In this document: positions 1 to 10,851 of the stretch, piece after piece
Numbering within the stretch: position 1 is the stretch's first letter
Layout: every line of letters begins with the position of its first letter
IMG/VR virus record: IMGVR_UViG_3300012988_000001
Coordinates: 124,001-188,000 of that record
DNA length: 64,000 nt
Reading direction: 5' to 3' (one strand)
Notes under the pieces: model-generated
Database searches by the model: none
Told to the model about the DNA's origin: nothing
What the model saw: only the letters and a program-made list of their open reading frames with translations
Position numbers and translations under genes: made by a program

Positions 1-2
1 TC

Positions 3-233
3 CACAACAACGGTGGTGAGGAATTCTTGTACAAAGTACTTGAGTACTTCAACATTCAGCGTGATACGGATGGTGAGCTAGAAGACCTAATTGTGAAAGT
101 GTACGATAAATTTGAAGGCACTGTGATTGGTGATATTGACCAGATGTTGAAAGACGGAACTTTAGAGCCTAAAGAAATCCGTGCATATGTGTCGAATCTT
201 CGCACAACTGAAGTTGCGAAAATGTTCTCATAA
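3..233 (+). CDS. 3' end of a hypothetical protein (truncated by window start)
   Basis: Frame is open from position 3 (HNNGGEEFLYKV...) to TAA at 231-233; the TTG at 27 is probably internal. Confidence 0.75.
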   Translation, partial: HNNGGEEFLYKVLEYFNIQRDTDGELEDLIVKVYDKFEGTVIGDIDQMLKDGTLEPKEIRAYVSNLRTTEVAKMFS

Positions 234-235
234 AT

Positions 236-266
236 TTGGGACAAAAAAGTAAAAATGTGATATACT
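236..266 (+). promoter_or_regulatory. Phage pre-replicative promoter (GGGACA-N17-TATACT, extended -10)
   Basis: TTGGGACAAA 236-245, TGTGA, TATACT 261-266; one of six copies of this motif. Confidence 0.8.
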
Positions 267-297
267 ATAGGTATCTGATGATTATTGAGATGAAATT

Positions 298-741
298 ATG
301 CGATATACTTGCGGAATAATATTTTATCGTGATGGTCAGATACTTATAGGACATACAACCGGACAAGATCATTGGGACTTACCTAAAGGTAAAACTGAAG
401 GTGAAGAAACATATAAAGAAGCGGCTGTTCGGGAGTGTTATGAAGAAACTGGTTTTGAGATATCCGAGAAGGATTTACTTTTTATTGGTGATGTATCATA
501 CCGAAAAGGAAAAAGACTTATATTGTTTTTCTATACCGCTAGATATAAGCCTGAACCTAGTGAATTGAAATGTATCAGTACTTACACTAATAAGTACGGA
601 CAGACTAAACCAGAATTGGATAAGTTTAGATACATTGATGTTGAGGACTGTGAATTGTATTTGACTAAACGAATGTGTAGCAGTATTGTCAAAGCTGTTA
701 AACAATTCCAGAAAAATAAAGGAAAAGAGAATGGAAGTTAA
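298..741 (+). CDS. NUDIX hydrolase (NudE-like)
   Basis: Nudix box GKTEGEETYKEAAVRECYEETG, preceded by WDLPK. Confidence 0.92.
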   Translation: MRYTCGIIFYRDGQILIGHTTGQDHWDLPKGKTEGEETYKEAAVRECYEETGFEISEKDLLFIGDVSYRKGKRLILFFYTARYKPEPSELKCISTYTNKYGQTKPELDKFRYIDVEDCELYLTKRMCSSIVKAVKQFQKNKGKENGS

Positions 742-1003
742 AATCTACGGACGCCTAACTGGTTGCCCTTATTGCACAAATGCGAAAGCAGTTTGTGAAC
801 AAAATAAATTCGATATGGAATTCATTGATATGGTTTCCACTGGTATGACTAAAGATGATCTATGTGAAATCGTAGGTAAGCCAGTAAGCACTGTTCCACA
901 AATCTTTGTTGATGGTGAATATGTTGGTGGTTACACTGAATTCGTTGCTCACCTCCGCTCTCTAAACGAGAAGAAAAAAGAAGATGACACAGACGATCAA
1001 TGA
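731..1003 (+). CDS. Glutaredoxin
   Basis: CPYC active site, TVPQIF and GGY motifs; start moved to ATG 731 (AAGGA upstream). Confidence 0.93.
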   Translation: MEVKIYGRLTGCPYCTNAKAVCEQNKFDMEFIDMVSTGMTKDDLCEIVGKPVSTVPQIFVDGEYVGGYTEFVAHLRSLNEKKKEDDTDDQ

Positions 1004-1232
1004 TTTTCATGCACAGTGTAAAGCACGTGCTGAAGAGTTAGCCAAACGATTGGGGGTAGATTTTCAACCTCTAGATGTAAACTCTATTGAAACTGCTGCA
1101 CGGAAACGTATGGCAGCACTCATGAAATATCGTGAGCGAAAAGAAGAGTATGATTCTCTTCTTGAAACAGTTTTCAAAGTACTAAGTCCAACGGAAGTGG
1201 TTGAAATTCTACGAAATACCCGTAATAAATAA
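984..1232 (+). CDS. Hypothetical protein
   Basis: 82-aa ORF with phage-like codon usage, overlapping the end of glutaredoxin. Confidence 0.7.
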   Translation: MTQTINDFHAQCKARAEELAKRLGVDFQPLDVNSIETAARKRMAALMKYRERKEEYDSLLETVFKVLSPTEVVEILRNTRNK

Positions 1233-1279
1233 TTATGAAGGAACAATCCTTCATGTTATAAAATTTTGGGAGAAATACT

Positions 1280-1522
1280 ATGATTAGTTTTCGTGATAAA
1301 TTAGCTCAAGGCATTTTCGAATGCAAACCAACAGTTGCTGACATTCCAAAGAAATCAGCATTTTTAGGAACAATTACAGAAGATGGTTTCTGTGATTATG
1401 ATGTACCTGAAGATACTTGGTATCTAAGTAAATCAACTGAACGTAGCAATCGCCTCCACAAAAGTACAATAGCCAGAAAACACCGCAAGGAAATGAAACG
1501 AATTCGTTTTGGTTCCGAATAA
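1280..1522 (+). CDS. Hypothetical protein, basic C-terminus
   Basis: GGGAG SD, 80-aa ORF followed by a terminator. Confidence 0.75.
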   Translation: MISFRDKLAQGIFECKPTVADIPKKSAFLGTITEDGFCDYDVPEDTWYLSKSTERSNRLHKSTIARKHRKEMKRIRFGSE

Positions 1523-1528
1523 TAATTT

Positions 1529-1556
1529 AAAGGACTCTATATAAGAGTCCTTTTTT
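1529..1556 (+). terminator. Rho-independent terminator
   Basis: AAAGGACTCT/AGAGTCCTTT stem followed by a T run. Confidence 0.85.
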
Positions 1557-1570
1557 CATCCGAGGTAACA

Positions 1571-2047
1571 ATGGGCGTAATAGAACATATTGGTAATCTT
1601 TTTGAAAGATACAGTGATGGTTTTTCTCCTGACCATCTTCATATCATTGTACATGGGTGCAATGCACAAGGTCGTATGGGTTCAGGGTTTGCGAAAGAAT
1701 TACGCGAACGTTACCCGGATGCATACACAACTTACAACGATGCCTACAAGTTCGCCGGACTTAAGCTAGGCTCTACGATTTACCACATAGTCGATGATAA
1801 TTTAGTGATTGCAAACGCTATCACACAGGAGTATTATGGCTATGACGGTGAGAAATATGTTAGCTATGATGCTATCGATACCGTCTTTAAAGACATGAAT
1901 GAGTTTATAGCTCAAACTGGACGGATGACGCACCTCCACTTCCCCCGCCTTGGGGCAGATCTTGGTGGTGGTAATTGGACAGTGATAAAGAATATCATTG
2001 ACCACCGCATCACCAATGCGTCGAAACATTTATATATTTTGAAGTAA
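1571..2047 (+). CDS. Macrodomain protein (Appr-1''-p processing / ADP-ribose binding, T4 Tk.4-like)
   Basis: IVHGCNAQGRMGSGFA and FPRLGADLGGGNW macrodomain motifs; GAGG SD. Confidence 0.88.
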   Translation: MGVIEHIGNLFERYSDGFSPDHLHIIVHGCNAQGRMGSGFAKELRERYPDAYTTYNDAYKFAGLKLGSTIYHIVDDNLVIANAITQEYYGYDGEKYVSYDAIDTVFKDMNEFIAQTGRMTHLHFPRLGADLGGGNWTVIKNIIDHRITNASKHLYILK

Positions 2048-2070
2048 AAACAAACAAAGGATTGACAAAA

Positions 2071-2394
2071 ATGACAGCGAACGTTAAACTACTAAACATC
2101 AACGGTATGGGTCCAATTCTTGCAGTTATGCAAGCACACAGTGATGATCAAATCATCGTAACCAACCCTGCTGTACTAGGCACTGACCCTGAAACTGGTG
2201 ATCTAGAAATCAACGATTATCTAGGTGGAATCAGTAACCTAGATAAAGAAGTAGTATTCATGAAATTCTGTGTAATTTCCATTAGTGAACCAGAAGCTGG
2301 CCTAGCCGCTGCTTACGTAGGTGCACTAAAAGCTCAAGAAGATGCTAAGTCCAAAATCTTCGTTCCTGACAATAAGATTGTCATCGCAAAATAA
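2071..2394 (+). CDS. Hypothetical protein, possible Sm-like fold
   Basis: AAGGA SD before ATG 2071; beta-rich pattern (IIVTNPAVL) and SKIFVP tail resemble T4-like phage Sm-like proteins (by eye only). Confidence 0.6.
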   Translation: MTANVKLLNINGMGPILAVMQAHSDDQIIVTNPAVLGTDPETGDLEINDYLGGISNLDKEVVFMKFCVISISEPEAGLAAAYVGALKAQEDAKSKIFVPDNKIVIAK

Positions 2395-2402
2395 GAGGTA
2401 AT

Positions 2403-2777
2403 ATGATCCAGACTAACGAGCGTTTTTATCAAGCAGTTGTAATTCTAAAAGGTACTCCTGAAGCAGTAATTGCTAAAGAACTAGTGTTAGGTACTCAAGT
2501 ACTCAACAACCAATACACTCCCGGTAAAAAATCTTATCTTGGAAAGTTCGAAGCACAACAATTCAAAGAAACCTATGATAAGTGGGTAGAAGGTGGTGCT
2601 GAGGTTCGTGTATTTTATGCTGATGATCGCCTAGAAATGGACGACATTGATTACAAAGCCGTAAGTCTAGAAACTGTTCCAGCTTCTACTTGGGGTAATG
2701 AAGAGAGCGTGTTAGTACTTGGTCCATTTGCAGCAGATCGCCTAGACTTCCATCTAGAGAACTGCACCGAAGCGTAA
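2403..2777 (+). CDS. PTH2 (peptidyl-tRNA hydrolase II)-fold protein, catalytic residues degenerate
   Basis: YQAVVI..., KWVEGGAEVRV, VLVLGPFAADRLD align by eye with archaeal PTH2; GK and DAG/TQ motifs missing. Confidence 0.6.
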   Translation: MIQTNERFYQAVVILKGTPEAVIAKELVLGTQVLNNQYTPGKKSYLGKFEAQQFKETYDKWVEGGAEVRVFYADDRLEMDDIDYKAVSLETVPASTWGNEESVLVLGPFAADRLDFHLENCTEA

Positions 2778-2784
2778 TAATATC

Positions 2785-2826
2785 GTACCCCTATAAATAT
2801 TGTAGATAATACAACTATAGGGGTAC
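2785..2826 (+). promoter_or_regulatory. Late promoter TATAAATA inside an SD-sequestering hairpin
   Basis: GTACCCCTATA (2785-2795) / TATAGGGGTAC (2816-2826) perfect inverted repeat; TATAAATA at 2792-2799. Confidence 0.8.
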
Positions 2827-2830
2827 TTTT

Positions 2831-3619
2831 ATGTCTTATGATTATCAAGGCGGTGATCCTGATTCACCACAATATGACCACAGAGAGAAGTTGAAAGACA
2901 AAATCACTCAAATGCTTGGTGCTGGTGCAGTCAACGTAGAAATTACAGACGGTCAGCTTGAGATTGCGATTGATAATGCCGTTGAAAACTATCGTGCATG
3001 GTCAAGTGCTTCTAAAGAAGAAGCATTCCTACATATGAAACTTTACCCTTCTGAGTCAGTTTATGTCCTCCCAACTGAAGTTGAAATCGTTCGTCGTATA
3101 TATCGCCGTGGTAATGGTGTTGTATCAGGTGAAGGTTCAACAGTTGATCCATTCTCACTAGCTTATAGTAACACCTACTTATTAAGTGCAGTACGTGGAG
3201 CCACTGGTGGTGGACTACTAACATACGATTTATATCACCAGTTTGACGAAACTGTAGCAAGACTATTTGGGCGTGAAATTATATTCCAATGGAACCCAGT
3301 CAATAAGAAACTAATTATTGACCGAGATATTCGTGGTACTGAAGAAGTACTATTACATGTATTCCAAAATGTTCCTGAAGAAATGTTATTCCGTCAACAA
3401 ATGTCATATCCTTGGCTTCGTGATTGGGTTTTAGCTGAAGCTAAAATTATGTTAGGTACTAACCGTAGTAAATTCGCAACACTTCCGGGTCCACAAGGTA
3501 CATTCTCAATGGATGGGGATACTTTACGCCAAGAAGGTTTTGCATTACAGGAAAAGTTAGAACAACAACTTAGAAACTACAAAGATGGCAGTACGCCTCT
3601 TGGTTTCATCATTGGATAA
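2831..3619 (+). CDS. gp13: Neck protein, T4 gp13-like
   Basis: LGAGAVNVEITDGQLEIAIDNA N-terminal motif; PWLRDWVLAEAK...LPGP...G C-terminus. Confidence 0.88.
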   Translation: MSYDYQGGDPDSPQYDHREKLKDKITQMLGAGAVNVEITDGQLEIAIDNAVENYRAWSSASKEEAFLHMKLYPSESVYVLPTEVEIVRRIYRRGNGVVSGEGSTVDPFSLAYSNTYLLSAVRGATGGGLLTYDLYHQFDETVARLFGREIIFQWNPVNKKLIIDRDIRGTEEVLLHVFQNVPEEMLFRQQMSYPWLRDWVLAEAKIMLGTNRSKFATLPGPQGTFSMDGDTLRQEGFALQEKLEQQLRNYKDGSTPLGFIIG

Positions 3620-3630
3620 AAGAAACAACA

Positions 3631-3659
3631 GGGAAGTGCATCTTGCACTTCCTTTTTTT
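3631..3659 (+). terminator. Rho-independent terminator
   Basis: GGAAGTGCA-TCT-TGCACTTCC followed by T7. Confidence 0.85.
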
Positions 3660-3671
3660 ATAGGTACAAAC

Positions 3672-4316
3672 ATGGAAAGAATTATTGTAGCAATCAATGG
3701 AACTATTGGATCTGGAAAGGATACATTTAGTGAAGCATTCATAGATGCTGGTTACACACGCATGTCATTCGCAACAACACTAAAAGATGCAGTTTCTGTT
3801 ATCTTCGGTTGGGATCGTGAAATGTTAGAAGGTAATACCGAAGAATCACGTAAGATTCGTGAAACACGTGATGAGTACTGGTCTAATAAACTTGGTGGTG
3901 ATATTACGCCTCGTTGGGTACTTCAACATTTTGGTACTGATTGTGTTCGTCGCCATTTTAATGATAATATGTGGGTTTATGCACTAGAGAACCATATGCG
4001 TCATATTGATGGTAATATTATCATAACGGATTGTCGTTTTCCAAATGAGTTGAAAATGTTACGAGAGAATAATGCACATCTAATTGAAGTGCAGCGAAAC
4101 CTACCATCTTGGTATAATAAAGCTAAAGCGTACAACATGCTTATTTCTCAAGGTAAAGATGTATCTAAACCAACAGAACTAGAAGATGTACATCCATCTG
4201 AATGGGCGTGGATTGGGCTAAACACTGGTGCAAACGTTGTACAAAATAATAGTTCTATTGAAGAACTACGTAAAAAAGCCGATTGGATTCGTCAAGGTAT
4301 AGAAGACTCAAAGTAA
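3672..4316 (+). CDS. Deoxynucleoside monophosphate kinase (T4 gp1-like)
   Basis: P-loop GTIGSGKDT, SFATTLKD, TPRWVLQHFGTD, ITDCRFPNE, HPSE; start moved to ATG 3672. Confidence 0.9.
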   Translation: MERIIVAINGTIGSGKDTFSEAFIDAGYTRMSFATTLKDAVSVIFGWDREMLEGNTEESRKIRETRDEYWSNKLGGDITPRWVLQHFGTDCVRRHFNDNMWVYALENHMRHIDGNIIITDCRFPNELKMLRENNAHLIEVQRNLPSWYNKAKAYNMLISQGKDVSKPTELEDVHPSEWAWIGLNTGANVVQNNSSIEELRKKADWIRQGIEDSK

Positions 4317-4340
4317 TCGCTTTCAGTACATAAGATTAAT

Positions 4341-4393
4341 TCCTCCAATAAATAATGGTATATGAAAATGCTAATACCAATAATTTTGGAGGA
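4341..4393 (+). promoter_or_regulatory. Late promoter TAAATA flanked by an anti-SD/SD inverted repeat
   Basis: TCCTCCAA (4341-4348) pairs with TTGGAGGA (4386-4393); TAAATA at 4349-4354. Confidence 0.78.
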
Positions 4394-4398
4394 TTTTA

Positions 4399-7062
4399 AT
4401 GGCTGAATTATTATCACCCGGTGTAAGTGTAACCGTCACAGACGAAAGTATTTCTGCACAGGCCGCACCCGGTACTGTGCCACTTTTTGTCATTGCAACC
4501 GCTCAGGACAAACTAGTTCCCGGTAGTTCTTCTATCGCTTCTGGTACACTAAAAGCGAATGCTGGTAAGTTACAACTTATTACCTCACAGAAAAACGCAC
4601 TAGACGTTTATGGTTCCCCAGTGTTCCAGCAACATCTAGGCTCCGTAGTACAAGGTGACGAGCTAAACGAGTATGGCCTCCACGGTCTATACAGTTATAT
4701 GGGGATTGCTAACCGTGCATATGTTGTACGTGCTGATCTTGATCTAGCTCAACTAGCACCAAGTGCTAGTGAGCCAACTGGTGATGTACCTAACGGTACT
4801 CTATGGTTCGATACTTTCGCTACACAAGTGGAAGCGTATGTCTCTAATAAAGACAACCCACAAAGTTTTTATGACTGGACTTTAAAACCAGTTCGCATCG
4901 TTAGTGCTGAGAACATTAGTGATGTAAGTACAGTTGGTCTAAATGTTGATGACCTAGTTATTCGCCACGTTCCAAGTAACGGTCAAATGCTAGTTTACAA
5001 ATTTGATTCATCTGGTCTAGTACAGGTAGAAACCTACCTATCTCCAATTAATAAAGTACCAAACGGTTCTGCTATTCACGCAGGTGATATCTGGATTCGT
5101 GATGGATATGTTAAAAATGGTTCTAATTACTTCGGTACTCGTTTTGTTGTTAAACGTTTTGCATCTCTAACCAAGACATGGGTTGCTATTGATACCTTTA
5201 CTGGTCAAAGTATCTATGAAGTAGAAGCGAAAACTGGAATTTCAAGCAATACTTATATTGCTGCACTATTCGATTGGGATAGTTATAGTTTCTCTCTATA
5301 TACCAAAGTAAGTAGTATTGCTGCTGCATCTGCACCTGCTCAACCATTAGGTCAAGTATCATTGGCACAGGCAACAGCAGATTGTTACCTAACTGTTAAG
5401 TATCTTAACAAATCAGTTCGTGTTCTAGCTGTACCACAAAACGCTATCATCAACTCTGCAACCGTAATTGCGGGAATGAATACTTCTGCACAACTAATCA
5501 ATGATGGTTTCACCTTCACTGCTTCTGGTAATGGTGTCGTATTCACAAACAAACTAGGTTATAGTTTTGTAGTTGAACAATCTACAGTAACAGCAGAACA
5601 AGTATTCTCTGCTTTAGAATTAGCAAAACTACAAGTTGATAGCTCTAACTATGCACTAGTTAATCCAGCAATTCTAAAAGTAACAGCAGACGCACCTCGC
5701 TCTACTGCTGCAAACGGGACTTACTGGTATGATTTCTCTAACTCTGATAACTTAACTGTCACACTATATACTGCAAACTTAAGTACTGAATCTTGGGATC
5801 TAATTGCTCAAAATAACATGTATGTTCAAGTTGATGAGCCAGCTACAGATCGTGATTTCTGGGTAGTTCCACTATCTCAGGGCATTGATGGTTATGAGTT
5901 CTATCGTGCAGTAAACGGTGAATGGCGTAAACTTGATCAAACAGATCAAAGTACTCTAAACGGTATGATCTTTGAAGATTTCAATGATTCTGTTCCAAGT
6001 GCAAATCTATACCAAAACGGCATGTTAGCAGTTGACCTAGGCAATACTGAAGGTGTTGTTAAACAAATGGTTAATGGTTCATGGAAAGTGGTTAGTGGTG
6101 TTAGTCTAGATGGTGCTGCTAATTTCGGTCGCAACGCACAACGTCAAATCATCGTTGAAGCACTAGCTGCTGTCATCGTTGGAAACGAAGCTATTCGTTC
6201 AGAGTTCATCGACTTTAACCTAATGTGTTCACCGGGTTATGTAGAACTTCTAGATGAGTTCGTAACACTAAACACTGATCGTAAAGAAACCGCATTTATT
6301 GTTACCGATGTTCCTGCACGTCTAACTCCAAGCAGTCAGGCAATTCAAGAATGGGCTACTAATGCTAACAACGCTCCAAGTAATGGTGACGTAGGTCGTA
6401 CCACTGCGTATGCTTATGCTGCACAATACATGGGCTGGTGCTTAAGTACTAACGTTGATGGTTCAGAAGTTGCTGTACCGGGAAGTACTATTGCTATGCG
6501 TACCTACGCTTATAGTGATTCTGTTTCTTATGTATGGTTCCCACCTGCTGGTACTCAACGTGGTGTTGTAAGTAACGCTGCTTCTGTAGGTTACATTAAC
6601 ACTGAAGGTGAATATACTCCAGTAGTATATAACAACGGTCAACGTGATACCATGTACGTGAATAAGATTAACCCGATTGCGATGCGTCCAAACCGTGGCT
6701 TACTAGTATTTGGAGACAAAACTCTAGCCGCTGATGATGGTAGTGCTCTAAGCCGTGTAAACGTAGCTCGTCTAGTTGTTTACATTCGTCGTCAACTTGA
6801 GATTCTAGCTGATCCGTTCCTATTCCGTCTAAACACTGCAAGTACTCGTCAAGAGTTTACTGGTGTAGTAAACAGCTTCCTAGCTGAAATTCTACAACTA
6901 AACGGTCTATATGACTTCTTAGTAGTGTGTGATGAATCCAACAACACCCCAACTCGTATCGACAGAAACGAACTATGGATGGACATTGCGATTCAACCAG
7001 TACGTAGTATTAACTTTATCTACATTCCAATCCGTATTGAGAAAACTGCTTCGGCATCTTAA
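4399..7062 (+). CDS. gp18: Contractile tail sheath protein
   Basis: LLSPGVSVTVTDES N-terminus; WFPPAGTQRG, INPI, GDKTL, RVNVARL, CDESNNTP...IQPVRSINFIYI sheath C-terminus. Confidence 0.97.
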   Translation: MAELLSPGVSVTVTDESISAQAAPGTVPLFVIATAQDKLVPGSSSIASGTLKANAGKLQLITSQKNALDVYGSPVFQQHLGSVVQGDELNEYGLHGLYSYMGIANRAYVVRADLDLAQLAPSASEPTGDVPNGTLWFDTFATQVEAYVSNKDNPQSFYDWTLKPVRIVSAENISDVSTVGLNVDDLVIRHVPSNGQMLVYKFDSSGLVQVETYLSPINKVPNGSAIHAGDIWIRDGYVKNGSNYFGTRFVVKRFASLTKTWVAIDTFTGQSIYEVEAKTGISSNTYIAALFDWDSYSFSLYTKVSSIAAASAPAQPLGQVSLAQATADCYLTVKYLNKSVRVLAVPQNAIINSATVIAGMNTSAQLINDGFTFTASGNGVVFTNKLGYSFVVEQSTVTAEQVFSALELAKLQVDSSNYALVNPAILKVTADAPRSTAANGTYWYDFSNSDNLTVTLYTANLSTESWDLIAQNNMYVQVDEPATDRDFWVVPLSQGIDGYEFYRAVNGEWRKLDQTDQSTLNGMIFEDFNDSVPSANLYQNGMLAVDLGNTEGVVKQMVNGSWKVVSGVSLDGAANFGRNAQRQIIVEALAAVIVGNEAIRSEFIDFNLMCSPGYVELLDEFVTLNTDRKETAFIVTDVPARLTPSSQAIQEWATNANNAPSNGDVGRTTAYAYAAQYMGWCLSTNVDGSEVAVPGSTIAMRTYAYSDSVSYVWFPPAGTQRGVVSNAASVGYINTEGEYTPVVYNNGQRDTMYVNKINPIAMRPNRGLLVFGDKTLAADDGSALSRVNVARLVVYIRRQLEILADPFLFRLNTASTRQEFTGVVNSFLAEILQLNGLYDFLVVCDESNNTPTRIDRNELWMDIAIQPVRSINFIYIPIRIEKTASAS

Positions 7063-7070
7063 TACCACTA

Positions 7071-7100
7071 TAAAGGGGCTTAATTGCCCCTTTATTATTT
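7071..7100 (+). terminator. Rho-independent terminator
   Basis: TAAAGGGGC/GCCCCTTTA stem, T-rich tail. Confidence 0.8.
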
Positions 7101-7130
7101 TGGTAAGAACAATCTTGGATAGTAATCTAA

Positions 7131-7136
7131 TAAATA
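7131..7136 (+). promoter_or_regulatory. Late promoter TAAATA
   Basis: 35 nt upstream of the tube gene start; same spacing class as the other late genes. Confidence 0.7.
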
Positions 7137-7171
7137 TATTAAAGATCTAATTCCAATTTTGGGAGAACAAT

Positions 7172-7858
7172 ATGGCAAATATGTTAGATAAATATGGTGT
7201 CCCACTAGCTGGTGGTGGTCGTATTGCAATGAAACAGCCAAAAGCGAAATATAAGTTTCGCGTAATCTTCTTCGGCTTCGGTGCTGCTGAAGATGGTGAA
7301 TTCATTACTATCGATACCAACACAGTAGGTTCACCACACGTTTCACACGAAAACGTAACTGTTCACAGTTATAACAGTAGTGCTCACTATAAGGGTAAGT
7401 ACTCTTGGGCTGAAATCGAGCTAAACTTCCGTGATTCAGTAGGGAACTCTTCTCTAAAAGCATTGTACAACCAAATGCGTAAAGAATTTAACTACTATTC
7501 ACAAGAATCTCGTATTGCAGATTCGCAATTCAAATTTGAAATGTGGATTCAAACCCTTGACGGTTCAAACAGTGAAGTAACTACCAACCTATTCCAAGGT
7601 ACTGTAGCTACATGGGTATGCCAAGGCTGCTTCCTAGTTGATACTAACTTCGGTGATTGGGACTATTCTAGTTCAGACCCACAAGTTATTACTGCTAGTA
7701 TTCAACCAGACGCATGTGCATTGCTTGGTCCTACTGGTCTACCTCTTGGTGACGAAGTTTCCGGTAACGGTACTCCTGCTAACGCAAGTACTATTAGTGG
7801 TGCTCAAACCGCAATTTCAAGCACAACTCTTAAAGATTCAAACTTCTTTAACCAGTAA
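7172..7858 (+). CDS. gp19: Tail tube protein (T4 gp19-like)
   Basis: Directly after the sheath; PKAKYKFRV, GKYSWAEIELNFRD, GCF..FGDWDYSSSD tube-fold motifs. Confidence 0.85.
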   Translation: MANMLDKYGVPLAGGGRIAMKQPKAKYKFRVIFFGFGAAEDGEFITIDTNTVGSPHVSHENVTVHSYNSSAHYKGKYSWAEIELNFRDSVGNSSLKALYNQMRKEFNYYSQESRIADSQFKFEMWIQTLDGSNSEVTTNLFQGTVATWVCQGCFLVDTNFGDWDYSSSDPQVITASIQPDACALLGPTGLPLGDEVSGNGTPANASTISGAQTAISSTTLKDSNFFNQ

Positions 7859-7873
7859 TAGCTCGAAAACCAT

Positions 7874-7901
7874 AGCCCTAGACTTGTCTGGGGCTTTTTT
7901 T
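7874..7901 (+). terminator. Rho-independent terminator
   Basis: AGCCCTAGAC/GTCTGGGGCT stem followed by a T run. Confidence 0.8.
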
Positions 7902-7905
7902 ATGC

Positions 7906-7911
7906 TAAATA
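7906..7911 (+). promoter_or_regulatory. Late promoter TAAATA
   Basis: Immediately after the terminator, 38 nt before ATG 7950. Confidence 0.65.
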
Positions 7912-7949
7912 ATGTATGATCCAAAATATTAAATAGGGGTTACTTTATT

Positions 7950-8723
7950 ATGGCAAACATGCTAAACAAATATGGCGTTCCGCTACCAAGTGGCAGAAAT
8001 AAAACCATGCTTCAACCGAAAGCAAAATACAAATTCAGAGTAATTGTGTATAACTTCGGTACTGATATTGACGAACGTGACCACATAGCTTTAGATGTGG
8101 ATCAAGTAGATCGTCCAACTGTTACGTTCGGAACACAAAAACTAAACATGTTCACAACTAACACAACTTATGTTACTACCCAAGATTGGAATTCTATTAC
8201 ATTAACAATTCGAGATTCGGTAGGTAATGAATCAGCAAAAGCTCTTTCTAGACAATTACAAAAACAATTAGATTTTCAGCGAAGAATATCGGCTCGTTCA
8301 GAACAAGAATATTCCGGTTATAAATTTGGGCTAATTATACAAATGCTTAATGGTCGTAATTCTGATGACAGTCTATCTAATCTAGCACACGATACTATTG
8401 TGGACGCAGCAGGTGCTATTACAAATAACCAAGGATTGACTAATGCAATTGACCAATTTATTGGTGGTTCAAAATATAACACTGCTGGTATCATGGAGTA
8501 CTTTGTATGTGTTGGATGTGTTATAGAAAATGTGAGTTATGACTCTCTTGATTATAGCTCATCTTCACCAGTAACAATGAAAATTTCAATCAAACCGGAT
8601 AACGTAGTACAATACGATACTATTGAAGAAATGTATGGCTCTAGAATTAATTCACTACTACCAGATAACGTTAATCAGGGATTAGATATTATTGACCGAG
8701 TTTTCGGCAACATTGGCTTGTAA
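7950..8723 (+). CDS. Tail tube paralogue
   Basis: N-terminus nearly identical to 7172 (MANMLNKYGVPL...QPKAKYKFRVI); RDSVGN and LDYSSS conserved. Confidence 0.85.
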   Translation: MANMLNKYGVPLPSGRNKTMLQPKAKYKFRVIVYNFGTDIDERDHIALDVDQVDRPTVTFGTQKLNMFTTNTTYVTTQDWNSITLTIRDSVGNESAKALSRQLQKQLDFQRRISARSEQEYSGYKFGLIIQMLNGRNSDDSLSNLAHDTIVDAAGAITNNQGLTNAIDQFIGGSKYNTAGIMEYFVCVGCVIENVSYDSLDYSSSSPVTMKISIKPDNVVQYDTIEEMYGSRINSLLPDNVNQGLDIIDRVFGNIGL

Positions 8724-8732
8724 GGAGGCGTT

Positions 8733-10824
<2,092 letters not shown>

Positions 10825-10851
10825 ATTAAACTACTGTGACACGGAGTTAAC

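Noticed and set aside
1235-1254. ATGAAGGA/TCCTTCAT hairpin as a terminator
   Set aside because: No U-tract. It may be a stability or processing hairpin, but the evidence is insufficient.
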